The notes beneath the pieces are model-generated. The model searched no databases, had not been told where the DNA came from, and saw only the letters and a list, made by a program, of their open reading frames with translations. A program made the position numbers and the translations under genes. Source: an uncultured Spirochaetota bacterium (GTDB taxonomy: Bacteria; Spirochaetota; Spirochaetia; SZUA-6; Fen-1364). Taken from it: a stretch of 64,000 bases of DNA. Below are positions 42,768 to 52,440 of this stretch, piece after piece (position 1 is the stretch's first letter; each line of letters opens with the position of its first letter). The stretch covers positions 401,875 to 465,874 of the forward strand of contig CAWJSK010000015.1 in the NCBI GenBank assembly GCA_963845535.1, in the 5' to 3' direction.

Positions 42768-43526
42768 ATGTCGTTACGTGCCAAACTGACAGTCGGGCTT
42801 GGTTTCCTGTTTCTGATAATCTTTGCTTTGGCAATTTACAGTTCGATGGAGATTCAAGGATTGTCGAACGATGCTGGAAAGATCATCAAGGACAACTATG
42901 ATTCCCTGGTCTACTGCAAAAACATGCTTGTTGCCTTGGACGATATGAGGACTGCTGTCGGCAGCAAGTTCTTTGGAATAAACCAGCTAAAGCTGTCTGA
43001 CTACTATTCGCACCTTCTTGAAACGAGCAAGGTCGCATTTGAAAGCAACCTCAGGAATGAGCGGGGCAATATTACAGAGATAGGCGAGAAAGAGGATGTT
43101 GCGGAGTTAAGCGACAACTACAGTCTGTTCTTGAATCTTGGGCAGATGTTGCTCGGAAAAGAAGGAAGCGCCAATTTATTTTTCGGCGATTTTCTCACCG
43201 CTTACACGAGTACCAGACAGTCGGTTGTGGAGATAAACGACCTGAACATGCAAGCGATTGAACGAAAGAGCCAAGCAACAAAACGTAATGCGGGAAATAT
43301 GATAAGTGGAGTGGCCGCGGTAGGGGCACTATGTGTCGTGCTGGCTTTCTTCTACTTCTGGTATTTCCCGTTCTATATTTCTAACACTACTGCCTATCTT
43401 GCAAAAAGGATGAAGGAGCTACTTACAGGTAATGGAATAAGGTTTGAGACCAAAACCAAGGATGAGGCTTTCCTGCTGTTGCAGGGTATCAATCTGTTAG
43501 AGAACAAACCGAAGAAGGCAGAGTAG
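42768..43526 (+). CDS. Stand-alone four-helix-bundle sensor-like membrane protein
   Basis: TM, IIKDNYDSL...NITEIGE...NMQAIERK, TM; short tail with no kinase motifs. Confidence 0.7.
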   Translation: MSLRAKLTVGLGFLFLIIFALAIYSSMEIQGLSNDAGKIIKDNYDSLVYCKNMLVALDDMRTAVGSKFFGINQLKLSDYYSHLLETSKVAFESNLRNERGNITEIGEKEDVAELSDNYSLFLNLGQMLLGKEGSANLFFGDFLTAYTSTRQSVVEINDLNMQAIERKSQATKRNAGNMISGVAAVGALCVVLAFFYFWYFPFYISNTTAYLAKRMKELLTGNGIRFETKTKDEAFLLLQGINLLENKPKKAE

Positions 43527-43548
43527 TCAAGCACTCGGAGCGCCGGTG

Positions 43549-43588
43549 GACGCAATCGCCAACGCTGAATGGCGTAATCGACACTTGC
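43549..43588 (+). repeat. 40-bp direct repeat, copy 2
   Basis: 35/40 identical to 39559-39598. Confidence 0.85.
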
Positions 43589-43641
43589 GTCTTGAAAAGA
43601 AGCTTTCTTTCAGAAGCCTGTAGCCGATTCCTGCTCTCTTC

Positions 43642-44217
43642 TCACCATATCCAAGGGATCAACTTTTTGCTCTCGCTCTGATAGTTTTCATAGTCTGACC
43701 CCAAAGAGGAAACCAACTCTACTTCCTCAACGTGAATGCGATAAAGAATAGCTACGAGCGGCAATCCAATAGCAAATATCAGAGAAAACCAATTCTGTAG
43801 CGCGACACCATAACCGAGGCAAGTCAGTAGTAAGCCCGTATAGGCGGGATGTCGTACCAGCCTGTAGGGGCCTCTCCGAACAACCTCTTGATTCTGATGC
43901 GTCTCCACTGTGGTTCGGAAGGAAGAACCCAAAGTTACGATTGCCCAAATACGTAGTGAAAGAGAAAACAGCATAATTGCAAATCCAACCCAGTAAACTG
44001 CGTAACTTCTTCCCCAGGGAAAGAAGAAAGTTGGTCTCCCGCTCAGAAATCCCGCAATGGTCAGGCCAACGGCGATTGCGATGAAGTTATAGTACCTTGT
44101 TCCCCGATCCTTTGCAGTTTTTCCCTTTCCTTGCGCCTTGTCTCTGACCATGAGCCATATTTCAAAAGCAACCCAAAGTACCGTCAAAGATGTCAGCAGA
44201 ATAGAGTATACGGACAT
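43642..44217 (-). CDS. Isoprenylcysteine carboxyl methyltransferase (ICMT) family protein
   Basis: GPYRLVRHPAYTG, RIHVEE..L, LIPWIW. Confidence 0.88.
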   Translation of the reverse strand: MSVYSILLTSLTVLWVAFEIWLMVRDKAQGKGKTAKDRGTRYYNFIAIAVGLTIAGFLSGRPTFFFPWGRSYAVYWVGFAIMLFSLSLRIWAIVTLGSSFRTTVETHQNQEVVRRGPYRLVRHPAYTGLLLTCLGYGVALQNWFSLIFAIGLPLVAILYRIHVEEVELVSSLGSDYENYQSESKKLIPWIW

Positions 44218-44591
44218 GGTTCAACTCCCCTCAAGATGAAAGAAATCTGGCGACTCCTTGGATTCTCGGAATAGGCATTTATGTGCCTGGCAAATTACAA
44301 GCCATCTAACAACGAAAGCGATGAATTGTGTTCCCATCGAAGGGATATGCTGAACCGCCGGAAAGACGCAACCATTCTTCTCGTAGCCTTTGAAAAGGGT
44401 TTTGTAAAGGATCAAACATTCTTGCGTAGCCACCCTGACCACCCCCGCCAGTTGGAACGCCTCCTGTTGCCACTCCCCCGACGAGAAGCTTGCTTCTTGT
44501 CGGTAAACTGTGTCTTCTGACATTTTTCCCCCTGCCGGGTACCTTGCATCAACTTATGCGCTCTTGTATATTCCGCACCAGGTAGCCTTAC

Positions 44592-45423
44592 ATGAAAAAA
44601 GGGAATTACGAAGACAAAAGGGAATCTACTCGCAAAGGGAAGGACTGCGGAAGTCTACCTGTGGGGTGACAACCAAGTGATAAAGCTGTTCCATGAGTGG
44701 TGCCCGGTATCTTGGGCGCAACGTGAGACAGAAATTGCCGAGACGATTTCTCGTACCAATGTACCAGCCCCAAAATGCTTTGGATCGGTCACAGTAGACA
44801 ACCGGCAAGGCATTGTCTTCCAGAGGATTCAAGGCCCCTCCCTCTTGAGGCTGATGACCTCGAACCCTCTGCGGATGGCTCACTATGCTCGGCTATTGGC
44901 AGACATTCAGTCACGGATTCATAGGCAAGACGGTTCGGCTTTGCCGCCATTACGGAATTCGCTACGCAAAAGTATCCAAGAAGCAGAATCTCTTGACCGC
45001 AACCTGCGAGATTTCGCTTGTAAGGTGCTTGGCGACCTTCCGGATGGGACTGCTTTGTGCCATTTCGACTTTCATCCCGATCAAATCATGATGACTACCC
45101 GGGGGCCTGTGGTTCTCGATTGGATGACTGCCTTTCAAGGAGACCCGCAAGCAGACGTGGCAAGAACATTGATTCTTTTAGATATGGCGAACATAGCCCA
45201 CATGGGATGGATTACTAGGGGATTAGTTGCGGTGGCGAGGCGGCAGATTCATAAATCCTACCTTAAGCAATATCTTGTTCACAACGAAGCAACCAACCTA
45301 ACTACCATTAAGAAGTGGATGATTCCAGTTGCGGCAGCACGACTAAATGAAAAGATAAAGAAGGAAGAAGGCACAATCGTTCGCTTTCTCAGGGACGCAT
45401 CTAGGAAGAATAGAAGCGCCTAA
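44592..45423 (+). CDS. Aminoglycoside phosphotransferase (APH) family protein, start codon unclear
   Basis: LAKGRTAEVY, VIKLF, LCHFDFHPDQI, VLDW; ATG 44592 is out of frame, ACG 44608 is in frame. Confidence 0.8.
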
Positions 45424-45550
45424 TATCCATAATAGCCTGCTGCGTCAAGAAGATAATCCTGTTCCTCTAGTCTTCCAGCGGTCCTTTGATATCGAAAAAT
45501 TCCTTCCTTGTTTCAAATGACTGCGAAGCAACTGTCCCCTCACAAACTCA

Positions 45551-46165
45551 TCAAAAGCAATCTTCAAGATCGAAGTCAGCTATATCGTCCGTCTCGGGTA
45601 CGGCGCTCTGCTCATCGTGAATATCGACTGCCAGATTGCTATCAGGATCATCTTCTTCCCGGGCCGACCTGAGTTCTTCAAGCGCTTTGGCAAATTCTGC
45701 TCTGAGGGCTTCAACTGTCCTTTCGGAGGATGCCTCAAGAAGCTCTTTGCCATTCATAACTTTGCCCTTGACAAATACTTCCACGCCCACTCGCCGCACC
45801 AGTTCGTCAACCGCAAGGGTGAAAAGGGAAATCAGTTCCTCGCTTGAGAAATGAACCATGTCGGCGCGAGTTATTGTTTTATCTGCTTGGGCGAGCCTGA
45901 CCAAATCCAGAAAAGTCCGGTAGTTGCTGACCGAGAGCGTTTGCTGGAACATCTTTAATGCCGAGTCGGATTCTTGATATGCAGACAGCAAGTCCGCCTT
46001 TCCACGCCGGGCGATCTTGAACACCAAGTATTCTTGGCGCTCCTGGTCTCTTACAACAAGAACTAACTTATGAGCGGCAACATGGCTGATTCTGCACTCG
46101 TTATAACGGTTCATTTTTTGGATCAATCGAAGTTGGCGCAGGGTTAGGTTGACGCGCTCGTCCAT
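45551..46165 (-). CDS. Hypothetical protein with acidic C-terminal tail
   Basis: 204-aa ORF starting 3 nt after the J-domain gene stop. Confidence 0.65.
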   Translation of the reverse strand: MDERVNLTLRQLRLIQKMNRYNECRISHVAAHKLVLVVRDQERQEYLVFKIARRGKADLLSAYQESDSALKMFQQTLSVSNYRTFLDLVRLAQADKTITRADMVHFSSEELISLFTLAVDELVRRVGVEVFVKGKVMNGKELLEASSERTVEALRAEFAKALEELRSAREEDDPDSNLAVDIHDEQSAVPETDDIADFDLEDCF

Positions 46166-46168
46166 TGC

Positions 46169-46648
46169 CTATTCGAGCCGGAACTTTTCTCTTGCGAGTT
46201 TATCTATTGCAATCAACGCCTTGAGCACATCACCGTCAAGAGGCACGTCACCATCCGGCTTCGCAGGAAGAGGAAACTTGATTTCGCCACTTGCATTCCT
46301 CTCTCCCTTTTTCTTGTCAGAAAGATCAAGGTATGCGGGTAAAGTCTTACGATACCGCTGAATCGCCTCGATCTGTTCGATTGTCGTGCCGTTCCCTTCA
46401 AGAGCACGATTGATCGCAAAGTAGAGTGCGAGGTCTCGCTCAAAGAGAGCGATTTCAGTAAGAATGTGATATCCCTCGGCAATGGTTTTCGTCATTTCCT
46501 CAGCCGTTGGGCTATTGGCGTTCTTATCTGGATGCCAGCGAAGAAGTTGTTTTCTATACGCGAGCCTGATTTCCTCCGTGTTGGCAGTCCTTGGGACTTG
46601 GAGAAGTTCATAGTAGTTTACGAGTGAATAGTTTTTTCGACTTACCAT
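46169..46648 (-). CDS. J-domain (DnaJ class C) protein
   Basis: NYYELLQV...IRLAYRK...WHPDKN. Confidence 0.85.
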   Translation of the reverse strand: MVSRKNYSLVNYYELLQVPRTANTEEIRLAYRKQLLRWHPDKNANSPTAEEMTKTIAEGYHILTEIALFERDLALYFAINRALEGNGTTIEQIEAIQRYRKTLPAYLDLSDKKKGERNASGEIKFPLPAKPDGDVPLDGDVLKALIAIDKLAREKFRLE

Positions 46649-46806
46649 TCTTTTTGCCGCCGGCTCTTGATATACCGCTGCCAGTGCGAACCAGAAATAA
46701 TGGTTGCAGGGCAACGCCAGCCGCTTTGGTTGCTATCGTTGTTCACCTGTTTGCAATCGCAAGGGGGAACCAGTCACCGAGTCCCCCCTTTCTGCGGTCT
46801 ATCGGT

Positions 46807-47013
46807 CTAAACCCAAACGTGACGTTTTGTGGGACTGTTTGAGCACGTTCCAGTCGCGCTCGACGGGGAGTTTGTGTGAGTGCCGCAATACTGGCACGTA
46901 TAGCCGCCTTCATGTTCTTCCGTCCATACGTGATGCCTTGTCGGGCTACTAGAGCACGTTCCCGTATAGCTTGAAGGCGAGTCCGTTTTGATTCCGCAAT
47001 GCTTGCAGACCAT
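46807..47013 (-). CDS. 68-aa protein with two C3H putative zinc-binding repeats
   Basis: AGGAGG RBS; two copies of CxxCG..T.SPSS.TGTCS.SPT..HVW. Confidence 0.75.
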   Translation of the reverse strand: MVCKHCGIKTDSPSSYTGTCSSSPTRHHVWTEEHEGGYTCQYCGTHTNSPSSATGTCSNSPTKRHVWV

Positions 47014-47064
47014 CTTTCCCTCCTGCTTCTTTTCCTCACCGGTGTAAGGTGGATACCCCGTTCG

Positions 47065-47256
47065 TCAGCGTGAAGACTTTTCTCTTTCCTTCTGCTCCTG
47101 CTTTTCACGCCACTCAGAGTCCTCTCTGTCCAGCCGTTCCTGCTTCTTTTCCGCGCTGTATTTCATTCTCCTTTGTGCTCTTCGCTTACCGCTAAAACTC
47201 CACCAGAATACGGCAACCACAACGACGATCACCATAACCACGGTAACTGCTGTCAT
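47065..47256 (-). CDS. Small single-TM protein with charged tail
   Basis: RBS, hydrophobic N-terminus, K/E/R-rich C-terminus. Confidence 0.55.
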   Translation of the reverse strand: MTAVTVVMVIVVVVAVFWWSFSGKRRAQRRMKYSAEKKQERLDREDSEWREKQEQKEREKSSR

Positions 47257-47383
47257 ACCCTCGCTCCTTTCCTGTGGTGATTAGATACCAACGGCAATAG
47301 GGCATGTCCGTTCATTTGTGTCCCAAGAGCCAGCCCGTTGGCATCACCCTTTGAACTGAACCGCCAAGCGTGATTTGCCAAGG

Positions 47384-48076
47384 CTATTGAAGGCTTTGCT
47401 TGAGAGTCTCGTTTTTTTGTTCTTCCGTTGCCTTCCTATTTGCGACTTCATCAGCCTCTCTTGCCTTGGCAAGCAGGTTTTCCGGAGAAAGAGCGTTGCT
47501 CAGCGTAACGACCTGATCCTCACCAAGGAGGACACTGACTCCGGAAGGTTTCTCATCGTTGTAACTTCCGTCTGCGCGTCTTGTACTGATCATCAGAGTT
47601 ATCAAAAGGGCGTACTGCCCATCTGGTCCAGTCTCAAAGGAACACGCAAAGGAGTAGTAAGCGGGAGGCGAGACATTGCCTACATCAGTGGGAGAGAATG
47701 CCGAGACCTCGTTGATCGGCTTGCTGATCTTTCCGCCCGTATCTTTGAGTTGATCTTTCCACTCGGAATATTTGGCAAGTGCCAGTTTCAGGTCGTCTAA
47801 ACTGCCCCCCCGGTCATAGACTTCAAGCACTCGACCGTAGTAGCCGCCCCCACGGTCATAGTCTTCGAGAACAGGGATCGGAAATCGCAGTTGGATTTTG
47901 TTTTGCGAGGGAACTTCATAGAAGTCCGAAGCCCAGTGTCGATTAGCGACCTGCACATCCGTCAGAATGGCGTACGGTTCGTTTGAAGTTCCCCACGGCG
48001 GCTTGTTGTACGTCAGGCTGGCACAAGAGCCGAGAAGCAAAGCCAGAAAGACCAGTGAAACCCATTTCAATCTCAT
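47384..48076 (-). CDS. Lipoprotein
   Basis: Lipobox LLLGSC; AAGGAG RBS. Confidence 0.75.
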   Translation of the reverse strand: MRLKWVSLVFLALLLGSCASLTYNKPPWGTSNEPYAILTDVQVANRHWASDFYEVPSQNKIQLRFPIPVLEDYDRGGGYYGRVLEVYDRGGSLDDLKLALAKYSEWKDQLKDTGGKISKPINEVSAFSPTDVGNVSPPAYYSFACSFETGPDGQYALLITLMISTRRADGSYNDEKPSGVSVLLGEDQVVTLSNALSPENLLAKAREADEVANRKATEEQKNETLKQSLQ

Positions 48077-48179
48077 AGTGTTCTCCTTCTTAAAAGACCG
48101 ATTTCAGATGCTTTGTGGTTGATAGAGGCTCCGGCCACATACTTTTCGCCAATAGAGACATTATTGCTACTGGTTGGGA

Positions 48180-48373
48180 TAGCTACCCTTGGCCGTTTGT
48201 GTGAGACACTTCACCTAAAGCCATATCAACTACTCTTGGATGAAGAAGATTCGTCTTTCAGCAAATACAATCTCTTGACCGAGATGTTGGGAAATCTGAA
48301 AGAGACCGTCACCGCTGACATGGAAAGGGTAGTTATGGGCTATCTTTCGGAGGGGAAGAGAAGGCTCAAGTGA
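48180..48373 (+). pseudogene. Possible C-terminal half of an XRE-type regulator
   Basis: TLGRLCETLHLKPYQLLL resembles the last XRE helices; HTH start not seen. Confidence 0.35.
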
Positions 48374-48697
48374 TCGACTAGTCGTGCTCAGAGAGGTTCC
48401 GTACACTTCACTATTGCTTGACCCAACTCAAAGATGGCTAGCCCTGTCTGTTCTCTCAAAGGAGAAGAGCGGTACACGACATTATCGCTGCACGGTGGTA
48501 GTCAAGAAAGGCATGAGGACTCCGTCGTCGAAAGACACATGCCCTCCTTTTAGGTGATAAACATATTTGACAAGTCCGACCATACGAGCACTACGGCATC
48601 CCCTTGAGATTCAGTAGTTGCCACGCTCCACTACAAACCGGCCGTACCAGGGTCGCTTCCACGACTCGTTAGACGCACCGTCCCCAACCTTTGTCTA

Positions 48698-49856
48698 GTG
48701 TAGTGTCCGACAATAGGGTTGTATTAATTACTTCGGCGTAGTATTGTTTCGATTATGGCACGACCGATTTCTGTGTTGGAGTTGACGACGGAAGAGCGAA
48801 CGGAGCTCGACAAGCGCGTGCGGTCCAGCATGACTTCCAAGCGCGACCACTTGCGTGCTTCAATCGTGCTCAGGCGAGCACAAGGGATAAAGCAATCCGA
48901 GGTGGCCGGGGAGTTTGGAGTCAGTGTGGCCTGCGTGAACAAGTGGTCGCAGCGCTTTGAGCTGCATGGCCTTAAAGGTCTGGTTGACCTGGAAGGTCGG
49001 GGCCGTAAGGCATCGATTCCGTTGCGTAAGGTCCAGCGTGTTATCAGCGAAGCGACTCGTCCACCGGCTCCGCGGACGCGGTGGACGGTACGCACGATGG
49101 CGAAACACGTCGGCATCTCAGCGGACAGCGTGCATAGGCTGTGGGCGGCCAACGACATCAAGCCACACCGCATCGAGCAATTCAAACTGTCGCGCGATCC
49201 GCATTTCGAGCAGAAGTTCTGGGATGTGATCGGGCTGTATCTGGATCCGCCGCAGAAGGCACTGGTACTTTGCTGTGACGAGAAGTCTCAAGTCCAGGCT
49301 CTCGAACGCACTCAACCGGGACTGCCTCTGGGCATCGGTCATATCAGGACCAAGACCCATGACTACAGGCGCCATGGCACCATCACGCTGTTCGCCGCGC
49401 TGAACTACCTGGACGGCAAGATCATCTCACGCACCGAGCAGAAGCATTCCAACGTGGAGTGGCTGCGGTTCCTGAAGCAAATCGATCGCGAGACTCCCAA
49501 GGACCTGGACTTACACCTCATCGTGGACAACTACGGCACGCACAAGCACCAGAACGTCAAGAAGTGGCTGGCGGCTCACCGACGCTTCCACCTTCATTTC
49601 ACACCGACCGGCTCCTCCTGGATGAACCTTGTCGAGCGATTCTTTGCAGACCTGAGCCAAGAGGTCATTCGAGACGGCAGTTTCGCCAACGTTGGTGAAC
49701 TCACCGGCGACATCGAGTCCTACCTGATCCAACGCAACCTTGAACCCAAACCCTACAGATGGAAAGCCAAAGGCGAGGAAATTCTACGCAAGATCGAGCG
49801 CGCAAAAAAGGCGCTGACGGGATCTGTTAATTAATGGTAATTGGCGTACAGCACAC
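48698..49856 (+). mobile_element. IS630 family element
   Basis: TIRs GTGTAGTGTCCGACAAT / GTGTGCTGTACGCCAAT; duplicated TA at 48696-48697 and 49857-49858 in CTAG context. Confidence 0.88.
48755..49834 (+). CDS. IS630 family transposase
   Basis: CDEKSQVQALER, THDYRRHGT, IVDNYGTH, SWMNLVE. Confidence 0.95.
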   Translation: MARPISVLELTTEERTELDKRVRSSMTSKRDHLRASIVLRRAQGIKQSEVAGEFGVSVACVNKWSQRFELHGLKGLVDLEGRGRKASIPLRKVQRVISEATRPPAPRTRWTVRTMAKHVGISADSVHRLWAANDIKPHRIEQFKLSRDPHFEQKFWDVIGLYLDPPQKALVLCCDEKSQVQALERTQPGLPLGIGHIRTKTHDYRRHGTITLFAALNYLDGKIISRTEQKHSNVEWLRFLKQIDRETPKDLDLHLIVDNYGTHKHQNVKKWLAAHRRFHLHFTPTGSSWMNLVERFFADLSQEVIRDGSFANVGELTGDIESYLIQRNLEPKPYRWKAKGEEILRKIERAKKALTGSVN

Positions 49857-50551
49857 TAGTGATATATGACTCCCGGGTAAAGGAGCTTAATAGCAAGGTC
49901 GTGGAATGCCGGAAAAAGGAGCCGGAGCAGCCCCCACGCCACAAGGATTCCACCATAGGAAATGATGGGATTCCGAAGGGCAGCGTTAATTCGATCACCG
50001 ACCGGACCGCCAAAGAGCATGTAGACGCCTGATCCGTCGAGAGGAGGAATGGGCATCAGGTTGAAGAAGAACAGCAAGAGGTTGAGCGAAAACATAACGC
50101 TCAATACAAGGCCCAGAGCATCAAGGCCGCCGGGTCGTATAGCCTCAACGATATGGTCAAAGTAGAGTGTCTGCGGCGAATCAAACAACCCCACTACCAT
50201 CCCAAGACGAATGACGGCTGCCGCGAGGAGGGCAAGAGCCAAGTTGGCCGCCGGACCTGAGAATGACATTACTGCTGCCCGATGAGGGTTTCGTCTAGCC
50301 CATTCTGGATCGTATGGCGCACTTGCCCACCCTATCATCCAGCCGCCGGCAATATACGAAATGATCGGGACTACCACTGTGCCTATTGGCGCTCGTCGGA
50401 TGTGTGGGACTGGGTTAAGGGTAACTTGACCGCCCTTCTTGGCGGTGGAGTCTCCAAGTCGCCAAGCCACGAAGGCGTGTGTTGCCTCATGTGCGATGAG
50501 AGAGAAAAGGAACGACAAATACCATCCGATGCCGGTCGCAAGTTGGTTCAT
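49856..50551 (-). CDS. Site-2 protease (M50) family
   Basis: HEATH, GPAAN, NLMPIPPLDG. Confidence 0.92.
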   Translation of the reverse strand: MNQLATGIGWYLSFLFSLIAHEATHAFVAWRLGDSTAKKGGQVTLNPVPHIRRAPIGTVVVPIISYIAGGWMIGWASAPYDPEWARRNPHRAAVMSFSGPAANLALALLAAAVIRLGMVVGLFDSPQTLYFDHIVEAIRPGGLDALGLVLSVMFSLNLLLFFFNLMPIPPLDGSGVYMLFGGPVGDRINAALRNPIISYGGILVAWGLLRLLFPAFHDLAIKLLYPGVIYH

Positions 50552-50689
50552 ACTATCCTTTCCGATGCATCAGCCCAATGACGCCCGTTTTCCGTTTCCT
50601 ACGAAAAGACGCCCGTTAAGGGGTCAGCCCAAACGACTTGGTATTTCCCTCTCGGAAAGGTCTGTAGGGCAACCAACGACATTGCTCTC

Positions 50690-50985
50690 TTACTTCTTTT
50701 CTTGGATGAGTTGTCTGACTTCTGTCATCATTTTTCCTATATCGATATTTGAAATAGCAGTCCTGGGGATGCATACTACGCTACCACGATGTAGACACAG
50801 GAAGATATGCTTTTCTGTCTCTCTGACTTCTGAAAGGGCTTTCCAAGAATATGAAGCCTTAGCAAGACTTGTCTGGTATAGCAGTCCATCCTTATCAAGC
50901 GTAACATCTACTAACTTTGAGGTATCAGAATTGAAGATGATAGAATAGACCCTTTAGGTCTACCTTCTTCGGGTGTTTCGTTCAT
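50690..50985 (-). pseudogene. YcxB-like protein with frameshift near its start (not in the ORF track)
   Basis: ATG 50985, shift at a G run near 50951, then VTLDKDGLL...YSWKALSEVRETEKHIFL...CIPRTAI. Confidence 0.5.
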
Positions 50986-51009
50986 TACTCTCTTTTAGGA
51001 TAGACATAC

Positions 51010-51462
51010 CTATTGTCTGTTGCGGCTTTCTATCTCGTTTGCGACTGCCGAAGCATAAGCTTGTCTCTTAGAGACGACCCTCGCTCCAAAGGGCGATATG
51101 AGGAACTTCCCCATTCGGACATAGACGATTCCGACTGGTATCCCAATAATCGTTATGAAGGAAAGAATACCAGCGACAAAGTACGCGATTGTCATAGCTA
51201 TCCCGATTATTAGCCAAATAATATTTAAAATCAGATGGGCGACTTTACTGATAATAGCTACGTTTTCCTTTCCGAGCAGTTCAGTATCTCGGATGATCTC
51301 TTTTCCAAAAGGGAACGCAGAAAGCTTGGCAAACTCCAAACAGGCTCTTCCAAAAGGAATCCCGATAATCGTTAGATAGAATAATCCCGCGATTATCAAC
51401 CAGAACAGGCCAAGGACTTCCCCTCCAAGCACAAACCAAATGAGATTTCCGAGTGCTGCCGT
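51010..51462 (-). CDS. YccF-domain membrane protein (start codon reads ACG)
   Basis: LGNLIWFVLGG, TIIGIPFG..C...PFG repeated; AAGGAG RBS precedes ACG at 51462. Confidence 0.85.
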   Translation of the reverse strand, partial: TAALGNLIWFVLGGEVLGLFWLIIAGLFYLTIIGIPFGRACLEFAKLSAFPFGKEIIRDTELLGKENVAIISKVAHLILNIIWLIIGIAMTIAYFVAGILSFITIIGIPVGIVYVRMGKFLISPFGARVVSKRQAYASAVANEIESRNRQ

Positions 51463-51509
51463 TTAATTACTCTCCTTTTCTAAAATCCCATCAGTCACGC
51501 TTGAAATCC

Positions 51510-52055
51510 TCAAACACAATCGATATCGAAAGCCATCACTCTCCTTCCCCCTTCAAAAGAGTTCTTTGACAAGGTGCCAGCACACTCGTGGCAGGAATAA
51601 ATTGTCTTGAGGTATTTCTTTTCGAGTAAGGAAGGTATTTTGTCGTAATAATATTTGTCGCCTCGAAGCCTTTTCTGAAAGAAAGCGTAAAGGCCGCTCT
51701 TGCCCTTCTCCTGATTGCATCTTGGACATGCCCATATTTGATTATGGATACCTTGAAGCTTTTCGCAAGAAGCACATGCCTCTTTGATTCTAATTGATCT
51801 CGGCACGACATGATCAAATTGGAGATTCTCAGTTGCGCCGCAGTAAAGGCAGTCCTTTTCTGTCTGTAGAAACTGTTTGTCCTCTCTGGTTATTTCAGAC
51901 CACTTCTTTGTGCCATCCCTGAGTTCAAGGAAAGTCTTGAGAATGAAGCCGAAGTCTAGCCTCTTAGCGCTTTGGCCGAAGGCACTCTTGGCAATTATCT
52001 TGGCGTACTGGTAGAGAATTTCGTCTCTTATGGTTTCGACTTGTTTGGGGGGCAT
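51510..52055 (-). CDS. HNH endonuclease family protein
   Basis: CLYCG...DHVVP...NQIWACPRCNQEKG; additional CxxC pairs. Confidence 0.85.
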   Translation of the reverse strand: MPPKQVETIRDEILYQYAKIIAKSAFGQSAKRLDFGFILKTFLELRDGTKKWSEITREDKQFLQTEKDCLYCGATENLQFDHVVPRSIRIKEACASCEKLQGIHNQIWACPRCNQEKGKSGLYAFFQKRLRGDKYYYDKIPSLLEKKYLKTIYSCHECAGTLSKNSFEGGRRVMAFDIDCV

Positions 52056-52100
52056 TGTTTATTCAGGTTCTCTTTCTGCGGCAATATTGCCGTCCACTGG

Positions 52101-52301
52101 TCAAAGGAACTTGCCACAATTTGGGCAGCACCCGTGGAATGTGGCTCTCACTTGCTTTTTGCAAGCCTTGCAGAGGGCTAACGAAGGACTCGGGGTTGCG
52201 TCTTGGAGTTCCTCCTTTGGAGTTCCGCTTAGGATGGAACCGCAGGAATCGCAAAACGAGACGTAATCCGAGTTTTGCTTGCCGCACTTCCAGCATTTCA
52301 C
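52101..52301 (-). CDS. Multi zinc-ribbon small protein
   Basis: GAGG RBS plus GTG; CWKCG, FCDSCG, CKAC, CPNCG. Confidence 0.7.
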   Translation of the reverse strand: MKCWKCGKQNSDYVSFCDSCGSILSGTPKEELQDATPSPSLALCKACKKQVRATFHGCCPNCGKFL

Positions 52302-52440
52302 AGATTCCTCTTTTTGGGACGAAGCTCCGCTAGCAAATCGACAAAAGACCGAAGGTCGAAAAGGAAGCGTAGCAATGGTACGCCTAATCCTGGGACAAGT
52401 AAAGAGAAAGATCATCCCTACTAAAGGTGGCCTACAGGCT

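Noticed and set aside
36052..52055. Restriction-modification system from the methyltransferase and the HNH
   Set aside because: They are about 14 kb apart and the methyltransferase lacks its catalytic motif
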